Source of the DNA: Fimicolochytrium jonesii
Taxonomy: Eukaryota
Assembly (NCBI RefSeq): GCF_025526975.1
Contig: NW_026515682.1
Location: 372,001 to 436,000 of the forward strand
Direction: 5' to 3'
Length of the DNA stretch: 64,000 nucleotides
Positions 34,616 to 46,444 of this stretch are shown here, piece by piece. Numbering within the stretch: the first letter of the stretch is position 1; each line of letters starts with the position of its first letter. Made by a program: the position numbers and the translations under genes. The notes beneath the pieces are model-generated. The model was not told the origin of the DNA, did no database searches, and worked only from the letters and a program-made list of their open reading frames with translations.

Positions 34616-35339
34616 CCTTCTATCTAGTACACAGCAGCAACCAATAAGTTACACAGTACGAGGGCGAGCCTGGCCTGAGGCCACGCCCGGAGAGCGGACA
34701 CAGATTGGCGGCCACTCGAGAAAAACTGCAAGCGAGCTGAGCCCACCTTTTGCGATTGCTGGGTGGGGGGCGTGCTGGACCCTTGCCGGTGGTGCTTTGC
34801 CGGGTTGCTCTACTCTTTTTGGCCTCCTCCGACCCACGGCGTGCTTAGTGGCTGGCAGGCAGTTAGTGGTGGTTGGTTGGTCCCTGTGCTGTATTGTTTG
34901 GGGCTGCTGCTAAACGGGGGGTGGGGGACCCATGAGTTGCTACGTAGTACGTAATGCTTGGCTGGCTGCATGTGCACGACGATGGGCCCGGCGGACCCGA
35001 CGGAGCGGTTGGCTGCTTGTGCGACCTTGTTACTAACATCTGCCTCCGTTTCTGGAACGCGCTCGTCAACCACAGTCGAAATACTGTCATTCCCTTGCAA
35101 ATTCATCATATATCTGCTTCACTGCCTCTTAATCTCGCTTGTGTCTGTGGACGCTTTCACTGTCGCTTTTGTTAGTGTGTTTCGACGGCTTGTCCAGCCG
35201 AGTCTGCGTGGGAACATTGGCGTGGGAAAATTGTGGTTTCTCGGTGTATTCGCCAGAATCAGACCAAGCCCCTCCATTCTGAAGCCAACAAAGGGGTGAT
35301 ACTGCCAGCAAGAACCGCCAGTGACTACACTGAAGCACT

Positions 35340-38300
35340 ATGAGTGGGCTTCCATCTGACGCTGAGGTAGAACAGATCATTCGGGATGAGCTATCAGCCT
35401 TGGAGGTATGGAATATCGACTCCCATTACCATCTGCGGGGTTCAATCTGACACTTCTCTATGCTTCGTGATCTGAACGGAACAGCTCGACGAAGATGAGG
35501 ATCATGCCGAGAATAATGACGTTTCCACCGAAGAAAAGGTCGATGTGGGCGAAGGTTCCTCAACATTGGAAGTAGGTCGTCTAAACCTGCGTCTGGCTGA
35601 CGACTTCCAGCGTCCGCCATACGCGTCCTTGCTAACGTCTTCTCTGTGTAGAAACTCGAGTCATGGGTCGATCTGATGCAAGCTGCTAGCCGTCCGCAAG
35701 ATGCCCTGGACGATTCCGCAACAACGCAGGCCTTCGTAGGGTACATCACAAGGGAAGAAGAGGCGTAAGCAACTGTATTTGCTTTTGATACTCTACCCCC
35801 CCCCCCCCCCACATCGGTTCCAACTACAGTTTTGCACTAGGTTGGTCAATGTAGGTTGAAAAAATGAGCCTCTGTACGACACATCGTCCTGATTCTCACG
35901 CAGCTCGCAGACATTGATCGGGAGCTGGAGGTGGCGGAGGCTGAACTTCAGAAACGACTGAGGTAACGATTATATCAAAGAGTCCGAGCGGGTGCAAACA
36001 TCTCAGTCATACATGCCCTTTGCAGCAACCTAGATGAAAGCGAAGCTGCAGCAGCGCTTGTCCTCTCCAACCTGCAGGTGGAAGCACAGCAGAATGGGCT
36101 CATTTCAGCTGAAGACGCAGCGGACATTGATTTGGAAAAAAGTACGCCAATGCCGGCGGAAATGCCATCGGTGGAGTCGCCTGAAATTGTACCCAAGCCT
36201 GGCATCTTCGTCAGGGCAGTATCACCACCTAAATCTGCTGCAAGCGGGCTGACTGAGGAGGTGAGAGTGCGAAAAATCATATTTTTCACGATGCCGGGCT
36301 ATTGATAATCCATTCCTATCACACAGGCAAGAACACTGCAACAGCCCGAATCGCAACAACCCGAAAGCCTCTCTCTAGAAGACGAGCACGAATACCTTCT
36401 CAAAAGAAAACGAGAAGAAGCCGGCGAACAATCCGCCCTCCAGTTCCGCATCGACCAGCTCCAAGCCAGAAGCACCGCCCTGACCCGCGCAATCCGACAA
36501 CACAAGCAGGAAACCCGCGAAGCCGACGAAAAAGCGAAAGTGCTGACGAATTGGTTCGCTAATACCGGGAAAGTTGCTTTTGATAAGGAGAAAGATAGGA
36601 CCGCGGCGTTGATGGTGCGGGTGCGGAAACTCATGGAGGAGCTTGAGCAGGAACAAAATAAGCTTCAGGCGAAGATTGCAGCTGAAGAGCCTAATAGGCT
36701 GCGGCTGGAGGTGGAGCGGAATGGCTATGTCGAGAGTATTCGGAAACTCACGGGGAAGGAGGCTACGTTGAATGAGGAGCTGGTCATCCTTCAAGCGGAA
36801 CTGGAGAAACAGGAGAACATCCTCGAGGATAAAAAAGCTTTGAGGGATAAGCGGATCCTGGAACATATGGAGGAACTGGATGCGGCTCGCAAGCGGGATT
36901 TGGAGCTTTTGCTTGATTCGTTACGAAGACAAGTGGGTCCGAGTAGGGAATCTACCACGGATCACCTTCAGGATCTTGTGATGTTGGATTTGACGGGCAA
37001 CGGGCTCGAAAGGGTATTCATCGTGCCGTATGTATTTGACGTAAGACATCGACTTAGATCCTGCCTGATGTAGATCCCCAACGTAACCCAAGCGCCTAAG
37101 ATCCGCCGTGTAGTCCTCGATCATAACGACATTGCCGATGTGAAAGATCTTAAACCGTTGAAAGAGCTGAAGTTCTTGAGCTTGCAGGTGAGTTATGCGT
37201 TTGACCTCTCCTCTCTGACTGCAGACATACCTCATGCCCAAGTTTTTTTTTTGCAGGACAACAAATGCAGTAATCTCGACATCGCCTGGTTCACCGATCT
37301 ACGGGTCCTGGACGCCGCCAAGAACCGCTTAACAGAAATCCAGGTATTGTCTCGGGCCTGTCCCTCACCCCTTAACCACCTCGCTCACAAGCCCCACCAC
37401 ACAGATCGGCCAAAACGACGAAATCAACCGCCTCCGCATGCTCATCTACGTCGACCTATCCGACAACCGCCTCAGCAACCCTTCACTAAGCCTCTCCCAT
37501 TCGAAGCTGCTCCAACATCTCAATTTGTCGAATAACTGTTTTATGGACTTTCCGGAGGTTCCTAATGACTTGCTTTGTGAGCTTGTTATTAGTGGGAATA
37601 GTATCAGGTAAGTTGGTGATCTTGTGCGGTGTTTGAAAGAGCGGGGCCTGACTTGTGACTGGCTAGAGCGTTGTCGTTGAAGCAATGGTCGCCGGCTTTG
37701 CGGGTTCTCGAAGCTGCGTCGAATAATATACAATCCTGCGATCCGGTCGCGATTGCGATGTGCCCGTTTCTGAGGGAGATTGATCTTTCGAATAACTTGA
37801 TCACTGGTAAGGATACCATGAGATAGGGCTTCTGAACGATGAGGAAGCAATCTAATTGAAAGCCATCCATGAACGCAGACTTTCCGTCGCTGTATGCCCT
37901 TGCGGTATGCCGAGACCTTGAGATTCTGACCCTGGACGGGACTCCAATCATCAGAACAATGAACTTCAATAGAGCTGTCGCCGCGCTATTTCCCAAGTTG
38001 AAGGTAAGAGACCTCATCACAGTAGATGGAAGATATGCCGCTCGTGACTAAATGCTCTATGTAGATGCTGAACGGCAAACCGATATCAGGAATCGCCAGA
38101 GAAATGGGACGAACTAAAATTGCCGCATATCCTTCCGGACATGCGATCAAGTGGTGTCGCCTGGCGGTGGACTACTTGTATGCTTTTTTGATGGATGAGC
38201 ACAGGTATTGTTGCGTTCCTGGCCTCATGACTCTAGGCTTGAGAGCCTATCAATCATTTCGCCTTTCTAGGAAAGAGGAAAGCATCAGATCACTCGGAGA

Positions 38301-40624
38301 TTGGAAAGCTATGGAGCAAGCGCACGAGCGGGTATGTAACATCTTCATCCACATATCACCCCATCTCCCAAAACCTTACCATCCCCAACCAGAACATCGC
38401 AAACTCCCTCGGCCCGCGTTACAGACCCTACCTCCGCTACCTCTATTCCAAACAATCCGAGAGCGACACCACCACAGACGCAGAAGTCCAAGAACAGCGC
38501 GTAGACTGGCTCGCAGCGTTATTGCAGCAGAATGCGTCGGAGTTTGATCGGATGAAGAAGAGTCGGGAGCCTAGCTCGTCAGTTTACCTTCGATTCTTGC
38601 GATGGAGTACTGCGGTCACTGACGCTCATTGTCTTTCAGTGATTTGGCTTTGGCCGGTTGCATCGATGATTTGGAGTATCAAATCAAGCTGCACTCAATC
38701 ATTGTAACTCAAGCGATGTGGCGTGGACGGAGAGAGCGGCGACGGAAATTGAAGAAGAGCGGAGGTAAAGCAATGTGCAGATGTCCACCTGCCAAGCAGA
38801 TTTGCGAAGAAACATTCTATTTTTATAGCGTCAAGGATGCTCCAAAAGTGGTGGAAGCTATGCCTGGCGCAAAAGGAAGAAGCCGCGCGGAAGAATCAGG
38901 CTGCGGGTGCCATTCAGAAAGTTTGGAAAGGTAAAAAATCGGTTTTCTTCAATCGGGCACGGAACATATTGCTTATGCTTGCTATAGAGTACTCGCGAAA
39001 GAAGAGATCGAAACCACGTTCCCTTTACCACCCGTCACCGGTGGATAGAGTTTCTCGGGCGCGGACTCCAGTCCCGGCAACTGCACCAGCTCCAGCTCAA
39101 CAGCCACCGCCGCCAAAGATGACTGTAGAACCGAGCGGAATATCCGTTGAGGATACGGAGGATGACGATTTAGAGAATGGTATGTGAAATACTACAGCGA
39201 CATGAGGCTACAATATGCGCGAAATGAAATGCAGACCTTGAATGTACACTCCCATTCCAGATGCGGCAATAGAGGAGTGGTTGGATGATCTCGATCAGGC
39301 CCGAGAGACCTTCCTCGGGAAGGATACTGAAGATTACCATTTTGAGGAGAAGCCACAACCGGTCCCATCTGTTCGGCGAGCGGACTCGAAGGAGGAATCT
39401 TTCCTCAAGCAACAGGTGAGAATATGACGCCCGATCCGCATGTATCGTTTATGTGTACTTATAGCATGCACTCCACACCAGTTTGCAGAAATGCAAAAAA
39501 GCCCCAACTTCCCCAACACTATCAAGCCCAACAGCCCCATTCGCAACCTCCTTCTAAGCAGAGGCATGGTCGGCACATCATCCGCCGGTCACGGCACCTT
39601 TGGCAAATTCCAGCAATCAGACCCCGAAGACTCTCAATCAGATCTCAGCCAGTCCGGGTTGACCTCAGCGATGCTCGTGTCGCGACGGCTTGGGAACGCA
39701 CGGGATAGCGATCTGGCGATTAATGCGTGGATGGGGACGTCTGATGTGGCGAGGCCTCGGTCCCATCGTAGTCGGGAATCTGCGCATGATGAGCAGGGAC
39801 GGGGGAGGTCCGCGCACGATGAGCATGGACGGGGGAGGTCGCAGCTTGGGCATAGACAAGGGGATGGGCATAGCGTGCATGGGATCCGTGAACACGGTGA
39901 GGACGGTAGGCCGGTCGAGGAAGTGTATCATCCGGCGCAGGAAGAGGAGAGCGGGTGGAACTTGACGACGGAACTTTCCAAAACGCTTCTTGGGCGGAAG
40001 CTCGCACGGAATTCGAAGATGAGCCGAAAGTCGGAAAGGCGGGAGCAACTCAAAGGTACGCATTTGCTGCAACTGTCTGACCGCGCAGTCCCTTCCTCAC
40101 ATTTGTCATCATCAAGATCCAATGGAACGTCTCCGAACTCATCAAGCCGTTGCAAAAGACTCCCGACTGAAGGACGCAGCGGCAAGTAGAGGATACATGA
40201 GAGCTACCACGTATGAATGGGACATTAAGCGAGGCTATCAGCCACATCGGGAGACGGTGAGAAGCATACCTCATCGTTTGCCGCCAATATATCAGCCGAC
40301 GGTATATCAGGATGTGCTGCGTGCTCAGGCGGGTAGGTGCCATTCAATTGTCTAACCTTGGCACAACACGTGTAATCAATGCTCTTTCCTAATTGTCCAG
40401 CCGGGAGCCCTACGCTCCTAATCAACAATTACGTAGCCAGCAAGCTCATGGGCGGACCAACTCCAAGAACTCCCGGCGTGAAAATCTCTCCCATGGCATT
40501 CCCATCCGACCCAGAGCTGGAACAATTCCAAAACCACACCGTTCCCCCACAAGGCCAAGAACCATATACCCATCGAGATCTATATTATGCGTTTGATCAC
40601 TCATCCTACGTGCCCACATCATAG
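35340..40624 (+). CDS. Multi-exon coiled-coil, leucine-rich-repeat and IQ-motif protein (LRRIQ1-like)
   Basis: LRR motifs LVMLDLTGNGL, LKELKFLSLQ, LRVLDAAKNRL, LEILTLDGTP; IQ-like QAMWRGRRERR, IQKVWKG; many short introns; boundaries approximate. Confidence 0.65.
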
Positions 40625-40682
40625 CGTGTTCTATTCTCATTTGTACATTAAGAGCATCTATAGCCAAGCTTTTCTACCTGAT

Positions 40683-41357
40683 CTAAAACTTCCGACCTGA
40701 AGGGCCCTTTCCCTGCACCCATAGGACCTCAGACAAGGGTACATCGTATTCGTCTTCTATTCGTCCCACAAACGGTGCGTGCTTGCGCGAGGCATGAGCG
40801 CTGGCTGGCCTTCGTTTGGAAACCGATTGCATTTCGTGCATTGGGGGGTTTTTTGGTTTCACCGAAGGCAAGTCAGGGGAGAAGACCCTTTTGCGGAGTT
40901 GAGCTGCATGCTTTTCCATTATCGAGACTCGCGAGGTGTCGGACTTCCTGGCTGCTGCACTCGTATGATGTACCGGAGCGCTCTGTGCTCTCGGCGCCTT
41001 CGGGGGCCGATCCATTTCCGTGGAAACAGACACGCTCTGCTGCTTGTTCTCATCCACCTCCGCGACAGTTCTCGAGACAGTTTGACAGCTCCGAATCTTC
41101 GCCGTCTGCGGTCTCGCCGTTCGGGGCCGCGGGAGCAGTAACTTGGGCGACGGATCACCCGTCGAGTATCGACTAATCCGTGCATAGATGTTCTTTTTTT
41201 CTCGCACGCTGAGCGCGGCCGGCCCTGTGTCGGCGCATCCTTCGCCTTCTGCTACCTCCACGGCCAGCGAGTTGTCCGCCAGGTGCTGGATAAGGAGCTC
41301 TGAGGCTGTGGGGCGTCGTGCGTGGATACGTAGTGATTGAACGTAAGTCGATGTCAT
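40683..41357 (-). CDS. Hypothetical basic protein, 224 aa
   Basis: ATG-initiated single ORF filling the gap between neighbouring genes; RPQTAK and RPASA motifs; no family recognised. Confidence 0.55.
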   Translation of the reverse strand: MTSTYVQSLRIHARRPTASELLIQHLADNSLAVEVAEGEGCADTGPAALSVREKKNIYARISRYSTGDPSPKLLLPRPRTARPQTAKIRSCQTVSRTVAEVDENKQQSVSVSTEMDRPPKAPRAQSAPVHHTSAAARKSDTSRVSIMEKHAAQLRKRVFSPDLPSVKPKNPPMHEMQSVSKRRPASAHASRKHAPFVGRIEDEYDVPLSEVLWVQGKGPSGRKF

Positions 41358-41625
41358 GGAGAAGAGGATGCGTATGGAATAATTTCCATCAGTATCAGTA
41401 TCAGCGGAGGATGCGCTGTCGAATTATGGCCCAGGTCTGTGACGTTTTGGAACTTCTTGCCTGGGAACATCCCAGTGTTTATAAAGGAACACATCCCCCC
41501 CCCCCCCCCCCCCCCCCCAAACCCACTCTCAGTTGTGAAGAGAGGACAACAGCCAGCGGAACTTGCGAGCTTGGTTTTATTTATCCAGTCAGGTGTCTGA
41601 TTGGTTCCCCTCTTTACTTTTTGTA

Positions 41626-43692
41626 ATGTCTTCACGGCCGGAGGACTTGAGCGTGCAGAGGAGGCTAGCACTCGTAGCCCTCGGGGTATTTGCCAGTCTC
41701 TCCACTGCGGGGATTATATTTGGGTTTCAGTCGCTCCGACCAGCCTTACTGAAGAGCGGTGTATATGCAAATTTGTGCAGTAATGCTTCGACGATCGCTG
41801 GTGATCAGGAGGTGAGGGGCCTGAAGACCACAACAGGGTTCGAGGGAACATTTCTCATACGGACCTTTGACTTTGCAGCCCTGCATACCACAGCTACTGC
41901 GTCTGAATCTCATGTTTACGGTGGCAAGCACTGGAGCAAACTTGGCGTCCTTGCCTATCGGCTTAGGCTTGGACCGCTACGGCCCACGGAAAACTGTGTT
42001 TGCGGGCTGCGTCCTTTGCTTCCTAGGGAGCCTGTTGTTTGGGATCAGTTCAACTGCTTTCGATGGATATCTCACCGGGTACGTCAGGATGGTGAGATAG
42101 AGAGTACCGAAACGACACATCCCTAATTTGCAATGAAGATATCTGTTACTTGGCGTAGGAGGGCCCTTTTGCTTCATTGGCGTAAGTTTCAGTTCGGCAA
42201 GCATATGCAATAGGTGATTGGAGGGTCTCACTGCCTGCCTTGCAACAGTCTCTTCACATTAGCGGCGCTTTTCCCGCGTATTCTGGACTCATCATGGCCG
42301 CGTTGACCGGCGCATTTGATGCGTCCTCGTCCGTTTTCTTCTTTTTTGCGGTGCGTTTGCATACTATGGCTGGAATGCCGTCGCTCAAAAGCCATCTGGC
42401 GACCTCCCAATCTCGTTCCTCCTTTTCTTTCCTAGCTGCTTTTCAAGACAATCAAAGGACCGATTCAAACGTACTTCCTGTTCTACAGCATAATCCCCAT
42501 CCTGATTGCGGTCATGGCGGCATTTCTTATGCCCCGGTCTTCTTTTGGCGGGAAGCTTCCAGACGAGACGGATGGGGATGAGGAAGACCTGATAGCGAGC
42601 GAGGGACGGGAGACTGATCCTCTGCTGCCAAACCTTACCGCGGATGGTGAGGCAGCTCCCGTCTTGATGGAAACTGACGGTCTGCTATGCCGCCAATTGA
42701 GGAGTTGGGAATATGGGTAAGGCCGGACCACTGAAGAAGGGAATAGGGGCCGGTGCTAACCCAAAACATCTCGACAGAGGAATCCTTCTGGCGATGTGTT
42801 TATTCATGTTGCGGCTCAACTTCTACATGTCGTCAATCCGCGAGCAAATCGTGGATCTGAGTGGCCTACCGGCGAAGGATCCAAAAGGTGCGAAAGCGAG
42901 AGATTCAGGGGGCCCAACTTACCCACTATATCGATTCCAATTGCTCTCAGTCGAGACCTTGGTCTCTTTCTTCAATGTAGCTCTACCCGCTGCGGGCATC
43001 ATTTGCATCGTCCCTATTGGATACCTGCTGGATCGCAAGTCGTTCGCAATTAGTTTCGGCGTTCTTTGGGTATTTGGAATGACCTTTGGTGCATTAGCGT
43101 ATGTGGAAAATGCCGTGCCCTCATCTCTTACCGGCCGGGACAACCGTAATTAATTGTTTTCGATTATAGATTGACTCCAAATCTTCTACTGTAATATCTG
43201 ACAGGTGAGTTGCCAGATATTGTCAATCCCAAAACCGATGATTATGTGGACTTATCAATGTTCGTTTCTAGTAAACATATTCGTCGTAATGCGAATTCTA
43301 CTTTACAGTGTTGCAAATGATTTTTGTGCGAAAACGTATGTCTACGGTTACTACGCCTACGTGAGCATCTTTCATCTGTCTTTCGCGATCGTAATCCATG
43401 CTTCCTCAGGTTTGGTTTCGTCACCTTCGGAAGGCTCTATGGTATTCTGAACACTGCTGCTGGGCTATGCAATCTTCTGCAGGTATGACTCTTTGTTGTA
43501 TCGAGCCTCCGAGTCCAAATTAACGCGATGCTGGTTGCGCCCTGTGGTCAGTATGTTCTGTCGTACATTGCGCTGGACGTGATGCACGGCCGATTTTGGG
43601 CAGTCAACACGGTATTGTTGCTGGTTACCGGAATCGGTGTTGGTTGGTTCCCGATCTTCCTTTCGAAAAAGGCCGGAAATGAAGTTGTTTGA
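41626..43692 (+). CDS. MFS transporter, FMP42 / SLC43 (LAT3-like) family
   Basis: AGIIFGFQSLRPALLKSGVYANLC; QLLRLNLMFTVA; GLGLDRYGPR; LIMAALTGAFDASS; MLRLNFY; FGFVTFGRLYG; many introns. Confidence 0.85.
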
Positions 43693-43789
43693 GGAGGGTC
43701 GTCGCATGTGAACACGAGTCATTTCCATTCGGACAATGGACGTAATCCGAGTCGAACGGCTGCGCTGCATGGAATCGGCCCGCATTTCC

Positions 43790-45148
43790 TCACACTACGA
43801 TGAAGGGCTTGATTTTCTGTTGTATTTCCGTTTCCAAGTCTTCCTTCATCGCACGCATCTCTTTCCTAAACTCTTCGACAAGAATCTTCCTGGTGGACTC
43901 TCGATTCCGGCGCTCTTCCTCGCGATTTGAGACGACAATACTCGAAAGGACTTTGAGGGAACGAACAACTTCTCTCGTCTCTGACGCGCGGGCTGACGTG
44001 TATTCATGAAACATTTCTCGCAGCCCTGCGTCCGTCGCATGTATGCCGTGCTCGATGGCGTCAATCCGCTCATGCTGCGAAGCCAACGTGGCGGAAAGCT
44101 CTTCGACTCGACGTTGCAATTGCTCCGTAGTTGCCCGTACTTCCTGCTCCAGCACCGCCCTTTTCGTTGCTGTTTCGGTGCGCATTTCAGTAATGATGCC
44201 GTCACAATGTGCCACTGCCCTTCCGATCTCGTCGTGCAGTGCCTGCGACACGGTCTTTACGAACCCCTCAGTTTTTTCCCACAACTCGGCCGTCACCCGC
44301 GGTTCCAGCGCTCCAAGGGTAGACTGCGCTCGCCCGACTTCTCCTCTGAGTTCTTCGATCTCCCTTTGCACGCGCTCGGCAGTCCCGCCAATCCGGCCGA
44401 CGATCTCCCCAAAACCGGCACCTGACAACTCGGTCTTGATCAGTTCGGCCGTTTCGTGTCGGGCGGCTTCAATGGCTGAGGAGAGGAGTCGTTGGGCGTT
44501 GGAGGACTGTTGGGCGGCATGTTGGTGGAGCATGTCTAGAACGTGGGAGGTAGTCTCGCGTTCGTGCTGGAGGTGGGAAAGGATTCCATTGGTTTGGGCG
44601 TCGGTTTGGGACATGAGCGTGCGGAGGAAATGAAAATGGTCTTCGAACAATCTGTGCGTAAGGTTCGATTATTGATGACTGAAGAAAGCCCACTCGAAGA
44701 AACTTGACAAGGTTTCTTTGACGTACCTGTTTGTCACCCGGTCATCCCTCCCCATAACAGCCTCCTGCATCCGATAAGATTGCCCAAGCGCTCCATGCAA
44801 CCTCGCAGTCTCCACACTAAGCTCCCGTTGCGACCGTTCGCTTTCCGTCAGCCTCTCATGCAACCGCTGCATCTCGCGTTCCTGCGTCGCGGAAACGAAG
44901 GATTGCATGCGATTACGCGAGGGAGCGTCGTCGTCGTCCCATGATGAGCGCCGGGGTCGGCGTGTGGTTGTGAGGGCAAGCGGATACGATTCGGGTGGTG
45001 GAGACATGGCCGGCACAGGCTGCTGCATGTTGTGACGTGCTCGTGGATCGTGAGGATACATGTCATACTGATTGTCGTTCGAGCCGTCAGAGTATCGCTG
45101 ATTGCGGTAGCCGATCGGAGGAAGAGGTGGCGTGGGTGGTGTAATCAT
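43790..45148 (-). CDS. Coiled-coil protein of unknown function
   Basis: MITPPTPPLPP... exon joined by an intron (about 44650-44725) to a long heptad-rich ORF; 3' end uncertain. Confidence 0.6.
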
Positions 45149-45479
45149 TGCGATTCTTTTGAGGGATTGGAGTAGATTGGACTGCTGATAGTACACGCTA
45201 CACAAATGGGATGCGTTATTCAGAAACAGTAAGCCGGCCAGCCAATGGTGGACAGCGACGGTTACAAAATGACAGCTATCAACGGTGGAAGATGTGCTTA
45301 CGTGTTGTTTCCCTGTCAGAAAGCACGAAAACTGACGGTTTTTCGCCAGTGCGCCGTGGGCAAGTTTTGCCAATCCACCTCTTTCGAGAGTTTGACTGTC
45401 TATCGGATTTCCTGAGGACAACAAAACTAGTCCTCACATCAGGCTTTTGCGCTGTTGCCCGAGCCATGAACTATCGGAA

Positions 45480-45790
45480 ATGAGCGTCAAACTCCTACCG
45501 GGAAGGAGACCCATACGGATACTTTTCGAATTTCTGGAGATCGACGGAGTCGATTACGGAACACTATTTCCAGGCCATGAAGTTCAAAACGATAGATCCG
45601 GCATTCATGGAAACCGTGCGGTTAGCAAAGTCGCCCAGCGAAGCTGCACGGCTCGATCGAACGAGGAGTCATAAAAGACGCAGTGATGAGGAAGGCGTTG
45701 CGGGCAAAGTTTACTCAACATCCGAAGTTCAAGGTCTCGTTGTTGGAGACGGGGGAAGCCAAGTTGGTGGAACACACGAAGAGCTGTACT
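45480..45790 (+). pseudogene. NADAR (YbiA-like N-glycosidase) pseudogene
   Basis: Fragments YREGDPYGYFSNFW / EIDGVDY / EHYFQAMKF / KDAVMRKALRAKFTQHPKFKVSLLETGEAKLVEHT lie in shifting frames; the expected D..WG motif is absent. Confidence 0.85.
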
Positions 45791-46444
45791 TCCTATTTCT
45801 ACATATACTTTGTAGGCCTCTCATCTACATGGGAGAGTCGTAAAGAAAATCGTTCAAAAATGCATACGGGGAAAACTGAAGCTGGGGTGTTACAAACAGA
45901 CTCGAACCGCCCTCAAGCATGGCCACTCACTGTGGCGAATAATGGGAACAAACGTATTAGCCAATCAGTGGAAGCGGCGATGGAAGAATTGTCCTTAGAA
46001 CGAGTTGTAAAATAAGCTTCAGCTTGTTGCGCTTCCTTCCAGCGCACTGACAGGGTTAATTAACGAAAACATTCCAAGTGACAGCATCTCCGCATGGCAT
46101 GATGGCGGAACCGACACGCCGGTTGCATTCAGACCGCCGCATATAGCCCACACCTGGAAAGCCCCCCAACTATCGTCAGCCAAGCTAATCTGTGCTTGTA
46201 TACCGACGGCATCTCATCGTAGAATACCTGCAGCTGCAGCGAAAGCTTGCTTACGCCTGGGCTGCTCGTATCCCGCTGCGTTCGCTACCGCCTGACAGCC
46301 GATTGCCCCCAAGTTCGGCAGTGAGGAATTATCAACATTCTGTTTTCATACTGACCGAATCTTGGGATTTCAACTCATCTCTGATACCCGCACGCACTGT
46401 CACCTCATCGCAACTTCAATCGACCGTAGGGAAAGTTTCCCAGC

